Source: Thermoproteota archaeon (GTDB taxonomy: Archaea; Thermoproteota; EX4484-205; JAAOZP01). From it: a stretch of DNA of 30,105 nucleotides. The translations under genes were made by a program, and so were the position numbers. The notes beneath the pieces were generated by a model. That model was given only the letters and a program-made list of their open reading frames with translations, was not told the DNA's origin and searched no databases. Below are positions 15,546 through 24,389 of this stretch, piece by piece (position 1 is the stretch's first letter; each line of letters starts with the position of its first letter). The stretch lies in assembly GCA_049700215.1 (NCBI GenBank), contig JBNAVT010000024.1:1-30105 (forward strand), in the 5' to 3' direction.

Positions 15546-17195
15546 CTATCTTAGCTTCGAATCTACTCTCCCCGCAGCTCCCCAGAATCTTTCAACAATC
15601 CTCTCCAAGCCGTGTGGCTTCCGCTCAGAGAGCCACAGCTTGCAATACTTGTTTGCGAGAGAAATGAGGTCTGATGGTTTAACCTCTTTTTTCAGCCTTC
15701 TTAACCCTACTTCAACACAGCTCTTTATGAAGCCCAGGTCCTCTGGAAGATTTACCCCACCAGTCTTCTCTAAAAGTTTTTCCCATGTTTTCTCCATGGA
15801 CTCTACGTCTGCTTCAGAAAACCTGTAGTACCAGAAGTCGGCGAAAAGCACGTGTTTCAGAGCGTCTGAAACCTCAGGCTGCCCGAAGGCTTTCCTAACC
15901 TCGACAATCTCAAACGGCTCCCCCGTTAAAGCACTCCACTTCTCCTCCCACCTGTCGTCTCCCTCAGCATACTCCATGCATGCGAGGATTAGCGGCTCCA
16001 AGAATGAGAAGAGGCATTCCTCACCGTTGTCCCCCCAGGCTGTTAAGAGGAACCCTGAAAGGCCCTCAGCCCTGGCTGCCAGCAGGAAGTTCTTCGTGTT
16101 TTCCAAGGCTGTTTTAAAGTTTGGATAATACCTGTTCCAGTTTGAAAGCCCTGGGCACACGATCTGCTGGCTCTTCCTCTTCCCAAACATGTTTATCTTG
16201 TTCCTGAAATACGTCTCATCACCCGGGCTGTAATCCCAGTTTGCAATCACAACATCCTGCCAGATGGGGCTCTCGACAACCCGTGACCATTTAGCCTTCT
16301 CCTCCTCCCTCAAGTACATTCCGGTGAGCATGTCTCCCCATAGGATCGGGGTCTTACCCTTCTCTTTAACGATGTTAGCCATGTTCCTATGGTGAGCCTC
16401 GTAGAGCGAGGGCCCTTCGAAAATCCCGGTTTTATCCAGGCTTCTTCCTCTCCCCATCGCCCAAGTCTCGTCGCCACCTATATGGATGTGTTTAGAGGGC
16501 GAGGCTTCAACCGCTTCCCTAAGGAGATCGTACGCGAACTCCCTAGCCTTCTCGTTGCTTACGTCTAAGCATCCTTCCTCCGGCCTATGCCACTCGCTGA
16601 ACCACCAGTACTCCGGCAGAACGAGTATGTGCTCCATGTGGCCAGCCAGCTCGAGCGACGGGAAAACCTCTATTCCAAGTTCCCTCCCATAGTTTACCAC
16701 TTCTAAGTATTCTTCTCTAGAAAGCCTGCCCCTGTGTACTCCTATGCTCGGATACTTCTCCCATGGGAAAAGGTCTTCGAAGTAAATGCCGAAGTAGTTG
16801 TATTTCAAGAGGAATAGCCATCTTAGGATCTTTTTAAAAGTCTCTACAGTAGGGACTCCTCCCCGCGCAATATCCAGATGGTAGCCTCGGAAAGAGAATT
16901 TAAGTTCCTCCTCAACGCTCACCTCAGGTATATGACCTGGCTTCTGCCTGAGAAGCTGGATTATCGTCGCGTAACATATTTTCTCATCACCCCAGACGAT
17001 TATCTCTCTGTTCTCCCCTTTAACCTCTAAACCGTTTCCGCTCCTCCCCGTCTTAACTATCCTCCAGGAGCCTCGAGGTATGTTGAACTCTCTACCCAGA
17101 AATTCCGGAAGGTTTAAACCGTCGAATTCAAACCATTTTCCGGAGAAAACCAGTTTCTTCGGCTCGGGAACTATTTCAACATCTTTCTTAACCAT
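15546..17195 (-). CDS. Beta-N-acetylhexosaminidase, glycoside hydrolase family 20
   Basis: FRGYHLDIARG, IEVFPSLELAGHME, HIHIGGDET (catalytic DE), LWGDM, NWDY, LTAWGD. Confidence 0.9.
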   Translation of the reverse strand: MVKKDVEIVPEPKKLVFSGKWFEFDGLNLPEFLGREFNIPRGSWRIVKTGRSGNGLEVKGENREIIVWGDEKICYATIIQLLRQKPGHIPEVSVEEELKFSFRGYHLDIARGGVPTVETFKKILRWLFLLKYNYFGIYFEDLFPWEKYPSIGVHRGRLSREEYLEVVNYGRELGIEVFPSLELAGHMEHILVLPEYWWFSEWHRPEEGCLDVSNEKAREFAYDLLREAVEASPSKHIHIGGDETWAMGRGRSLDKTGIFEGPSLYEAHHRNMANIVKEKGKTPILWGDMLTGMYLREEEKAKWSRVVESPIWQDVVIANWDYSPGDETYFRNKINMFGKRKSQQIVCPGLSNWNRYYPNFKTALENTKNFLLAARAEGLSGFLLTAWGDNGEECLFSFLEPLILACMEYAEGDDRWEEKWSALTGEPFEIVEVRKAFGQPEVSDALKHVLFADFWYYRFSEADVESMEKTWEKLLEKTGGVNLPEDLGFIKSCVEVGLRRLKKEVKPSDLISLANKYCKLWLSERKPHGLERIVERFWGAAGRVDSKLR

Positions 17196-17230
17196 CTCTC
17201 CTTCCCCGCACCCTCAAACAGGATGGAGAC

Positions 17231-17265
17231 ATATAAAGTTTAATATTTTTAGGGAAAAATTTAAT
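17231..17265. promoter_or_regulatory. Divergent BRE-TATA promoters for the GH20 and ridA genes
   Basis: Minus AAACTTTATAT (17241-17231); plus GAAAAATTTAAT (17254-17265), 25 nt before ATG 17290. Confidence 0.55.
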
Positions 17266-17289
17266 TCCTCGGCTCCGCTCTGCCTACCG

Positions 17290-17670
17290 ATGAAGAAGGA
17301 AGTTTTAACGGATGAAGCCCCCAGGCCAATAGGCCCGTATTCTCAAGCCATCCGTTCTGGAAACCTCGTGTTCCTTTCAGGGATAATACCTGTAGACCCT
17401 GCTACTGGAGAAATAGTGAAGGGCGACGTAAAAAGGGCTGCTGAGCAAGTGTTTAAAAACGCTTCCTCAATACTCAAGGCGGCAGGCGCTTCTCTAGAGG
17501 ATGTTGTGAAGGTTACAGTATTCATGAAAGACTTAACACTGTTTAATGAGATGAATGACGTTTACTCTAAGTGGTTTAAAAAGCCTTATCCCGCGAGGAC
17601 GACTGTTCAAGTATCGGCATTGCCGAGGGACGTTGACTTGGAAATGGATTTTATCGCGGAAACCGGGTGA
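17290..17670 (+). CDS. ridA: RidA/YjgF reactive enamine/imine deaminase
   Basis: APRPIGPYSQA, VFLSG, VVKVTVF, MNDVY, YPARTTVQVSALP (catalytic Arg). 126 aa from ATG 17290. Confidence 0.95.
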   Translation: MKKEVLTDEAPRPIGPYSQAIRSGNLVFLSGIIPVDPATGEIVKGDVKRAAEQVFKNASSILKAAGASLEDVVKVTVFMKDLTLFNEMNDVYSKWFKKPYPARTTVQVSALPRDVDLEMDFIAETG

Positions 17671-17677
17671 TTCAGGC

Positions 17678-18895
17678 CTAGAGTATCCTATAGCTGAAAC
17701 CCTTGTTTTCTATGCATCTCCCCAGTTCCTCCAGGGTTTCACCCCTCATGACTTCTACAACTATCTCCACGGTTGCCATCGCAGGGGGAATCCAGGGCTC
17801 GTTTCTCAAATGTATCAGGTCAACAATGTTCGCCTTAACTCTCGAGACGCATTCCAAGACTGTCCTTAGGCTCCCAGACCTGTCTGGAATAGTCACTACC
17901 AGCCTCACTATTCTGCCTTCCTGCCTGAGGCTCTGCGTAATAACCCTGGCGAGAAGAAGAGGGTTAATGTTCCCACCGCTGATCACTATGCCGACCCTAC
18001 TCTGCTTCACATCCAGCTTATTGTACAGTACTGCGGCTAGGCTCGCAGCCCCCGCGGGCTCAGCCACCATCTTGGTTCTCTCAAGCAGAATAAACATTGC
18101 GCTCATTATCTCCTCATCGCTTACTGTCACGAAATCGTCTACAACCTCGGAGGCGATTTTAAAAGTCAGTTCGCCGGGCTTCTTCACAGATATTCCGTCG
18201 GCAATCGAATAACTCCTAACAACGTCTATTATCCTGCCCTGTTTAAACGATTCGGCGAAAGCCGGGTAGCTGTTTGTCTGAACACCAATTATCCTAGTAC
18301 TTGGGGACAGCTTTTTAAAAACGGTCCCGACTCCAGATATCAGGCCTCCTCCCCCCACTGGGACAAAAAGATAATCCAGATCCATGGTTTCGCTGAGGAT
18401 TTCGAAGCCGATTGTCCCCTGCCCGCTCACAACATGCTTATCGTCGAAAGCGTGAATCATCTTAACGTTTCTTGTTCTAGCGTACTCGAGCGCATGAGCG
18501 TTAGCATCGTCGTAAGTCTCCCCCGCCAGAACCACATTGGCACCGTAGTTTCTCGTCGCCTCAATCTTATTCGGGTATGAAAACTCAGGCATAAATATCG
18601 TGCACCTCATTCCAAGCATCCTTGCGGCGAAGGCAACTCCCTGAGCATGGTTACCGGCTGAAGCAGCCACAACCTCCTTCACACCCTCTTTCCTGGCGGC
18701 AATACACGCGTTAAGCGCTCCCCTAGCCTTGAAGGAACCTGTTTTCTGAAGGTTTTCAAGCTTAAGGAAAACCTCGGCTCCAACCATGCTGCTTATTGAC
18801 TCGCTTCTTGAAAACGGTGTTTTATGCAGAAAAGAAACTATTGTTTCTGAAGCAGCCTTAGAAAGCCAGAAAACCTCATCCAAAAAAGTGCTCAT
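17678..18895 (-). CDS. ilvA: Threonine ammonia-lyase with C-terminal ACT domain
   Basis: KLENLQKTGSFKARGA (PLP Lys), ASAGNHAQG, VPVGGGGLISG, ADGI, AEPAGA, ISGGN, and ACT motif IPDRSGSL. Confidence 0.95.
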   Translation of the reverse strand: MSTFLDEVFWLSKAASETIVSFLHKTPFSRSESISSMVGAEVFLKLENLQKTGSFKARGALNACIAARKEGVKEVVAASAGNHAQGVAFAARMLGMRCTIFMPEFSYPNKIEATRNYGANVVLAGETYDDANAHALEYARTRNVKMIHAFDDKHVVSGQGTIGFEILSETMDLDYLFVPVGGGGLISGVGTVFKKLSPSTRIIGVQTNSYPAFAESFKQGRIIDVVRSYSIADGISVKKPGELTFKIASEVVDDFVTVSDEEIMSAMFILLERTKMVAEPAGAASLAAVLYNKLDVKQSRVGIVISGGNINPLLLARVITQSLRQEGRIVRLVVTIPDRSGSLRTVLECVSRVKANIVDLIHLRNEPWIPPAMATVEIVVEVMRGETLEELGRCIENKGFSYRIL

Positions 18896-19124
18896 ATAGC
18901 CTTCCACCCGGCTGCCCCATTAGGCTGGCCGCCTTCAGCCCTGGGAAAAACCCGTATATGTTTCCCCCCGAGGGTTCAAGACGTTTCAGCATTCTCCTGA
19001 AAGCCATGTGCCCGCTAGACTTCAAGCCATGCTCGTTTAAAAACTTTCATAAGCACTTTGAAAACAATACGGCCGGCGTTGGAAAACTTTTTAACAACGG
19101 GAAAACGCTCAAAATATTTGAAAA

Positions 19125-20039
19125 ATGAGGATAGTTGAGTTTACCGAAGAGTTCCTCAGTCAAGTAAGGCGCGTTGCAAACCTGAGTCTCCACGAGGACA
19201 CTATTACCGACGCGAGCCTGAAGAGAATAACTTTCGAAGACCCGAATTACAACGGCAGGTATAGCCTTGTCGCCTTGGAGAACGGTGGAGTAGCCGGGTT
19301 CGTCCTCGGGGTTAGAAGGTTGAAGGAGCCCGCGGAGGTGGTTGAGGCTCAAAGAGACCTCGCGTGGATCAAGCTTTTCGCTGTCAGGGAGGATTGCAGG
19401 AGGAAGGGTGTTGCCACAGCGCTTTTCAACGAGCTTGAAAACAGGCTAAGGGAGGATGGTGTTAAAAGAATACGCGTCTCCGACTATCCGTTCTGGTACC
19501 TGTTCAGCGGCGTAGACCTGAACTACGAAGACGCTATAGAATTTCTATCCCGGAGAGGCTTTAGGAAAGCGGGTGAAACAGTGGATTACGAGATTGACCT
19601 TCTCAAGTTTCATGTCCCCAAGAGGGTTGCAAGCATAAGCGTAAGCCCGCTAACAATAAGGAGGGCTAAGCATGAAGACAGGGAGAGGGTTTTCAAATGG
19701 ATTAAGACAGAGTTCTCGGTTTTCTGGGCTTACGAGGCGGATGCAAGCTTTAAACACACTAGCCCAAAGCTGTGGATGGCTGAGGAGAACGATAGGATAA
19801 TCGGCTTCTCAGTCTACGGCGCGCTCGAGCCACACTGGTTCGGCCCGATCGGGGTCTCGACGGAAGCGAGGTCTAAGGGGGTTGGCTCCATCCTTCTCTT
19901 CAACTGTCTGAAAAGCATGAGGGAAGAGGGTCAGAGGCATGCCGTAGTGCCTTGGACCAGCCACCTGTTCTTCTACACTCAGGTCCCCGGGATAACTAGA
20001 ATCAGGCACTACTGGGTTATGGAGAAGACGCTTTCGTAA
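19125..20039 (+). CDS. Tandem (two-domain) GNAT acetyltransferase
   Basis: Two acetyl-CoA motifs, FAVREDCRRKGVATAL and GPIGVSTEARSKGVGSIL. Confidence 0.85.
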   Translation: MRIVEFTEEFLSQVRRVANLSLHEDTITDASLKRITFEDPNYNGRYSLVALENGGVAGFVLGVRRLKEPAEVVEAQRDLAWIKLFAVREDCRRKGVATALFNELENRLREDGVKRIRVSDYPFWYLFSGVDLNYEDAIEFLSRRGFRKAGETVDYEIDLLKFHVPKRVASISVSPLTIRRAKHEDRERVFKWIKTEFSVFWAYEADASFKHTSPKLWMAEENDRIIGFSVYGALEPHWFGPIGVSTEARSKGVGSILLFNCLKSMREEGQRHAVVPWTSHLFFYTQVPGITRIRHYWVMEKTLS

Positions 20040-20073
20040 AAGAATATAAGGCCCCGTCGAAAAAGAGCTGGCG

Positions 20074-20577
20074 ATGAGCAAATTAGGCTTGAAGATTCTA
20101 ATACTCGTTGCAACTCTATTGGTCGTCCTACTGTTCGCACTACTCTTAATCGGTGTTGGCCCTGTTCGCCACAGAGGCCCCTGGAGGATTTTCCCGGTCG
20201 ACGTGGCACACTGGTTCGGATGGGCTGGCGGAGTGTTGCTAGCCGTCTCCGCAGCATATTCAGCACTTAAAAGAGGCTTCCCGGGAAAGACCAGGCTTTG
20301 GCTGACCGTCCACTGCATCCCTGGTTTGCTCTCGCTAGCCATGGCTGGGGTTCACCTGATTAACAAGATATGGTTTGCAAGGCCGGGAAACCTGCTGAGC
20401 TTCTTCACATTCGGGCTTATGACCGTAATAGTCTTAGGAGGAATCCTTGGAAGATACGTGAAAAGACCTAAGATGGTGAGGGAATACTGGAAAACCCTTC
20501 ACATACCTCTTACAGCAATATTCTACTTTACGCTTAGTATACATGTGCTAACTAAAACGGGTATACTATGGTTTTAG
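20074..20577 (+). CDS. Membrane protein with paired histidines (possible cytochrome b / ferric-reductase-like TM domain)
   Basis: About five hydrophobic helices, with AHWFGWAG, WLTVH-x13-H and WKTLH-x13-H. TATA-like AATATAAG 24 nt upstream. Confidence 0.6.
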   Translation: MSKLGLKILILVATLLVVLLFALLLIGVGPVRHRGPWRIFPVDVAHWFGWAGGVLLAVSAAYSALKRGFPGKTRLWLTVHCIPGLLSLAMAGVHLINKIWFARPGNLLSFFTFGLMTVIVLGGILGRYVKRPKMVREYWKTLHIPLTAIFYFTLSIHVLTKTGILWF

Positions 20578-20959
20578 ACTTGTCCTAAAGGGCGTGTTGG
20601 AAGAAGGATAAGTCTAGCTGGAGGAAGGACTTTATAATCGGAGTTTTCAGGGAGGCGAATCTTTAACAGGATTTCAGGCGTATGCGCCTACATTGGACTT
20701 GGAGAATACTCCGGGAAGGATAGTTTTACGGTTTAAGGGTTGTGAACACCGTTGAAGAATGGCAACGTATGATTACGAGGCACGATTGAGCAAGGTTTGC
20801 CGGGAAGCATGTGGCGCTATAAGGATCTCGGTGCGTTGGGAAACATTCATGACTTTTTACATAGCTGATGTGGAAATATTTTAGGATAAAAACTTGAATA
20901 ATAAAAGCAGTTTCTTCGAGCAAGACTTATAAGCTTCTTGAAACGAGACTTTTTGAAAA

Positions 20960-21370
20960 ATGGCTGAGAAACCCACGGCAGCTTTCATTCTATCGTTAAT
21001 CGGAGCCATCCTAATCATTCTTAATGCTCTGATCCTTGCTTTTTTCACAACCTTGGTGGGCGTAGCCCTAGGTGTTTTCGGAAGGGCTTTAGGAGTGTTT
21101 CTACCTAGGCTAGGCAGCCTGGTTTTCCTATTAGGCATTGGGGGAATAGTTATTGGAATAATTGTTCTAGTAGGAGCATTCATGATTAATTCAGAGGACA
21201 AGAGTAGGGTTACAACCGGTTCGATCATAGTTCTGGTTTTTTCAATAATGAGCTTCTTCATCGGAGGAGGCTTCATAATAGGCTTCCTATTATGCATCGT
21301 CGGAAGTATTCTTGGCTTAACATGGAAACCTTCAGCCCCACCACCGCCACCGCCCTCACAATCCTATTGA
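20960..21370 (+). CDS. Small Gly-rich membrane protein with poly-Pro tail, function unknown
   Basis: MAEKPTAAFILSLIGAIL...GGGFIIGFLLCIVGSILGLTWKPSAPPPPPP. TATA CTTATAAG 27 nt upstream. Confidence 0.75.
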   Translation: MAEKPTAAFILSLIGAILIILNALILAFFTTLVGVALGVFGRALGVFLPRLGSLVFLLGIGGIVIGIIVLVGAFMINSEDKSRVTTGSIIVLVFSIMSFFIGGGFIIGFLLCIVGSILGLTWKPSAPPPPPPSQSY

Positions 21371-21454
21371 AAGCCTATTCAGCCTTATAACCGGCGACAC
21401 CCACGTTAAAATTCGAGAGATGTTTATATAATCCGCCTATAGGCTTATTCAGGA

Positions 21455-22669
21455 TTGGAACATCTTGAAAACGTTAGAGATCTTGTAAGGTATCACAGCA
21501 CGGTGGAGAGGGAGGTCTACCTTGACCTAGAGAACTCAACACCTGTTCCACCGGAGGTTCTTCAAGAAATGCTGCCCTACTTCTCTTCTAAAGCATACGG
21601 AAACCCTACGCTAACCCATAAGCAGGGCTGGGAGGCTTATGAAACAATCATGGATGCAGCCGGCTTCATTACGAGGCTGATAGGAGGACCCTCGCCGGAG
21701 GAATTGTGCTTCACCAGCGGCGAGGCGGAGGCGAATAGCTTAGCCGTCTTCGGCACCGCCGGAGAAAAACCCGGTAGAATAGTTGTCTCATCCATAGACC
21801 CCCTCACCATCCTGCTGCCGGTTGAAAAGCTTGAGAAAAGGGGTTTTGAAGTCGTTAGGGTTCCAGTCAACCCTGAAGGCATCGTGGATCTTGAGGCTTT
21901 ATCCAAAGCTGTCAACAGGGACACGGTGCTAGTCAGCATGAGCATGGTTAACAACGAGATTGGAACTATACAGCCGTTCAGAGAGATTGTGAAGACAGTC
22001 AGGGAGGGAAACCCGGATGCAACTGTGCACATGGATGCCTCAGATGCTTACGGAAGGATCAGCTTCAACGTTAAAGACATGGGTGTTGACTTGCTGAGCC
22101 TCAGCAGCTACAAGGTGATGGGCCCAAGGGGCGTGGCCGCGCTATACGTGAGAAGCGGGGTTGAGGTTGAAAGAATAATCGAGGGCCCGATAGGAACCCA
22201 GCGCCTCTGGCCTGGTGTCGAAAACACGCCGCTGATAGTCGGGTTTAAAAAGGCGTCGGAGCTAGCGTTTAAAGACTTTGACGGGAACGTCGGCAGGATG
22301 AGGAGGCTTAGAGACATGTTGATAAACGGTCTCCTAAGCATCGAGGATACTCTTCTAAACGGCCCGACGGGGGAGAAAAGGTCTCCGGACAACGTTAACA
22401 TAAGCTTCCTACACTGTGAGGGCGAATCCCTAACCATCGAGCTGAGCTTTAAAGGGGTTTATGTTTCAAGCGGAAGCGCGTGCACGAGAAGAATACTCCA
22501 GCCAAGCCATGTTTTAACAGCCATAGGGAGAGAGTATGAGGCTGCTCACGGGAGCATCCTTATGAAGGTTTCAAGATATCATACCGTTGAAGACATTGAG
22601 TATGTTTTAGAGTCTTTTAAGCCGGCTGTTGAAAGGATACGGGCCATGAGCCCGACAAGGAGGATTTAG
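21455..22669 (+). CDS. iscS: IscS/NifS-like class V aminotransferase-fold protein with non-canonical active site
   Basis: VYLD, YGNP, FTSG, VNNEIGTIQP, SYKVMGPRG, EGES, VSSGSACT, PSHVLTAIG. TTG start 24 nt after TTTATATA. Confidence 0.85.
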   Translation: MEHLENVRDLVRYHSTVEREVYLDLENSTPVPPEVLQEMLPYFSSKAYGNPTLTHKQGWEAYETIMDAAGFITRLIGGPSPEELCFTSGEAEANSLAVFGTAGEKPGRIVVSSIDPLTILLPVEKLEKRGFEVVRVPVNPEGIVDLEALSKAVNRDTVLVSMSMVNNEIGTIQPFREIVKTVREGNPDATVHMDASDAYGRISFNVKDMGVDLLSLSSYKVMGPRGVAALYVRSGVEVERIIEGPIGTQRLWPGVENTPLIVGFKKASELAFKDFDGNVGRMRRLRDMLINGLLSIEDTLLNGPTGEKRSPDNVNISFLHCEGESLTIELSFKGVYVSSGSACTRRILQPSHVLTAIGREYEAAHGSILMKVSRYHTVEDIEYVLESFKPAVERIRAMSPTRRI

Positions 22670-22670
22670 A

Positions 22671-23177
22671 ATGTCGAGATCCCCGCTGCCCTATAGCCAG
22701 AAGATCCTTGAGCTTTTCAGAAACCCTAGGAACCTTGGGAGAATGGAGGACGCTACTGTTTCAGCCACAGCCGGAAGCCCGGCTTGCGGAGACATGATAG
22801 CGTTCTACCTTAAGATTGACGAGAACATGGTTATAACGAGGGCAAGCTTTGAAAGCTACGGGTGTGCTGCAAACATAGCTACCGCCAGCATGCTCACGGA
22901 AATGGTGAAGGGCAGGAGCCTCGAGGAGGCTTGGAGGATAAGCTGGAAAGACGTTGCGAACGAGGTTGGCGGACTGCCTGCGGTCAAGCTTCACTGCGGA
23001 GTCCTTGCAGTGGGCGCGCTGAGGAGAGCCATAAGAGAGTTTTTCAGGGGGAGGGGGTTTAGGCCGGAATGGATGCCGGAGAAGGAGACTTTCGAGGAGA
23101 AACAGGCTTTGGAGGAAGAGGCGCTGTCGAAAATTATTTCGAAGAAGCTTATGCTGGGGGAGGCTGAGGAAAAGTGA
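22671..23177 (+). CDS. iscU: IscU/NifU-N iron-sulfur scaffold with charged C-terminal extension
   Basis: YSQKILELFRNPRNLG, SPACGD, SYGCAA and VKLHC supply three Cys plus Asp and His. Starts 1 nt after the iscS stop. Confidence 0.92.
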   Translation: MSRSPLPYSQKILELFRNPRNLGRMEDATVSATAGSPACGDMIAFYLKIDENMVITRASFESYGCAANIATASMLTEMVKGRSLEEAWRISWKDVANEVGGLPAVKLHCGVLAVGALRRAIREFFRGRGFRPEWMPEKETFEEKQALEEEALSKIISKKLMLGEAEEK

Positions 23178-23443
23178 TCCAGGAGTATGTGAGCAGGATA
23201 GAGGAGGCCTGCGGAGCCGCCAAGACGAAGGACTACATTGTTATACTGAAACAGGATAGGAGGGAGGAGGCTCTTAAGAGGGTTCTTGAAAAGAGCAGGG
23301 TCCTGGCTGAGGTCCACGGCGTGGCTGTTAAGGCGAGCTTCATGGGCAGGGAGCTCACGGCTTTTACAAACGGGAGGCTGATGTTTAAATCCCTCAGGGA
23401 CAGGGATGAGTTGAAAACACTGCTTGAGGAGCTCTTTAAGTGA
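23174..23443 (+). CDS. Small hypothetical protein resembling the C-terminal domain of ThiF/MoeB-family proteins
   Basis: GTGA overlap with the iscU stop. EEACG near the N-terminus and ELTAFTNGRLMFK near the C-terminus. The family link is from recall only. Confidence 0.65.
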   Translation: MIQEYVSRIEEACGAAKTKDYIVILKQDRREEALKRVLEKSRVLAEVHGVAVKASFMGRELTAFTNGRLMFKSLRDRDELKTLLEELFK

Positions 23444-23515
23444 GCCGACGCCAGCGTTAAAAACCGGTTTTCAAACTTTTAAAGCCCTGATGGGGAGGCT
23501 CTGGTCTGAGAATTA

Positions 23516-24376
23516 TTGTCCCCCAAGAAAACGGAGCTAGCAGGATGCCTGTATGTTTCTGCCGCAGCAGTCATCTGGGGCTCGAACGGGGCGATTGTCA
23601 ACCAGGTTCCTTTAAACGCTTACGCAATAGCTTTCTTCAGGGTTTTGTTCGCCAGCCTAGCCTTAACCCCTCTGCTGGTCCTAACCAGGAGGCGGGAGGC
23701 TTTCCAAGCTGCCGGAGCCTGGAGGAGCATGCTTGCCCTAGGAGCATTCCTAAGCATGGGCTGGGTTTTCCTCTTTCAGTCTATGAGGCTCATCGCCATC
23801 GCGGACGCTGTCCTGCTCAACTACATGGCGCCGGTTTTCGTAGCGCTTTTGGCACCGTTTATTCTGAGAGAGAAGGTTGAGAAGACAGTTATCATTGCCC
23901 TAGCCATGTGCGTGATTGGGATGCTAATCATTTCATACGGCTATGGTCTTCAAACCGTGGGCTTAAACATTGCTGGAGTGCTCTACGGGTTGCTCGCCGG
24001 CCTAGCGTACGCCGGGTTCATCATCCTGTCCAAGAAAACCCTAGTCAACAGTTCAAGCCTCGCCGTAGCCTCTTACTCGTATCTTGTCAGCACGCTAATC
24101 CTTTCACCCTCGCTCTTAAGCGTGAATCCTTCTCTAAACCTGTCTTCATGGATGCTGCTGCTCGTCCTCGGCGTCTTCAACACCGCCTTCGCCGTCACAC
24201 TCTATTTAAAAGGCCTCAGGCTGGTTAAAGCTCAGAAAGCAGTTGTCTTCACCTATTTGGAGCCGGTTAGCGCCGCGGTCTTCGGATTCCTCTTCCTCGG
24301 GCAGGGACCCACCCTTCAAAGCTTAATCGGCGGAGCCCTGATTCTTTCCGCAGGATGCTTAGCTGGATCCAAGTAG
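23516..24376 (+). CDS. EamA/DMT family transporter
   Basis: Ten hydrophobic segments in two repeats, with IWGS, AFFR, LNYMAPVFVALLA, LREK, TYLEPVSA. Confidence 0.92.
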   Translation: MSPKKTELAGCLYVSAAAVIWGSNGAIVNQVPLNAYAIAFFRVLFASLALTPLLVLTRRREAFQAAGAWRSMLALGAFLSMGWVFLFQSMRLIAIADAVLLNYMAPVFVALLAPFILREKVEKTVIIALAMCVIGMLIISYGYGLQTVGLNIAGVLYGLLAGLAYAGFIILSKKTLVNSSSLAVASYSYLVSTLILSPSLLSVNPSLNLSSWMLLLVLGVFNTAFAVTLYLKGLRLVKAQKAVVFTYLEPVSAAVFGFLFLGQGPTLQSLIGGALILSAGCLAGSK

Positions 24377-24389
24377 CCTGGGGAAAGAA

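Noticed and set aside
18933-18980. Hairpin considered as an archaeal SECIS element
   Set aside because: No selenoprotein-type in-frame TGA in neighbouring genes, and it lacks a convincing SECIS geometry.
20578-20959. 382-nt gap with fragments such as EEWQRMITRHD*ARFAGKHVAL* that vaguely recall small toxin/antitoxin-like genes
   Set aside because: The fragments are too short and interrupted to assign without a tblastn search. No repeats or RNA motifs were seen.
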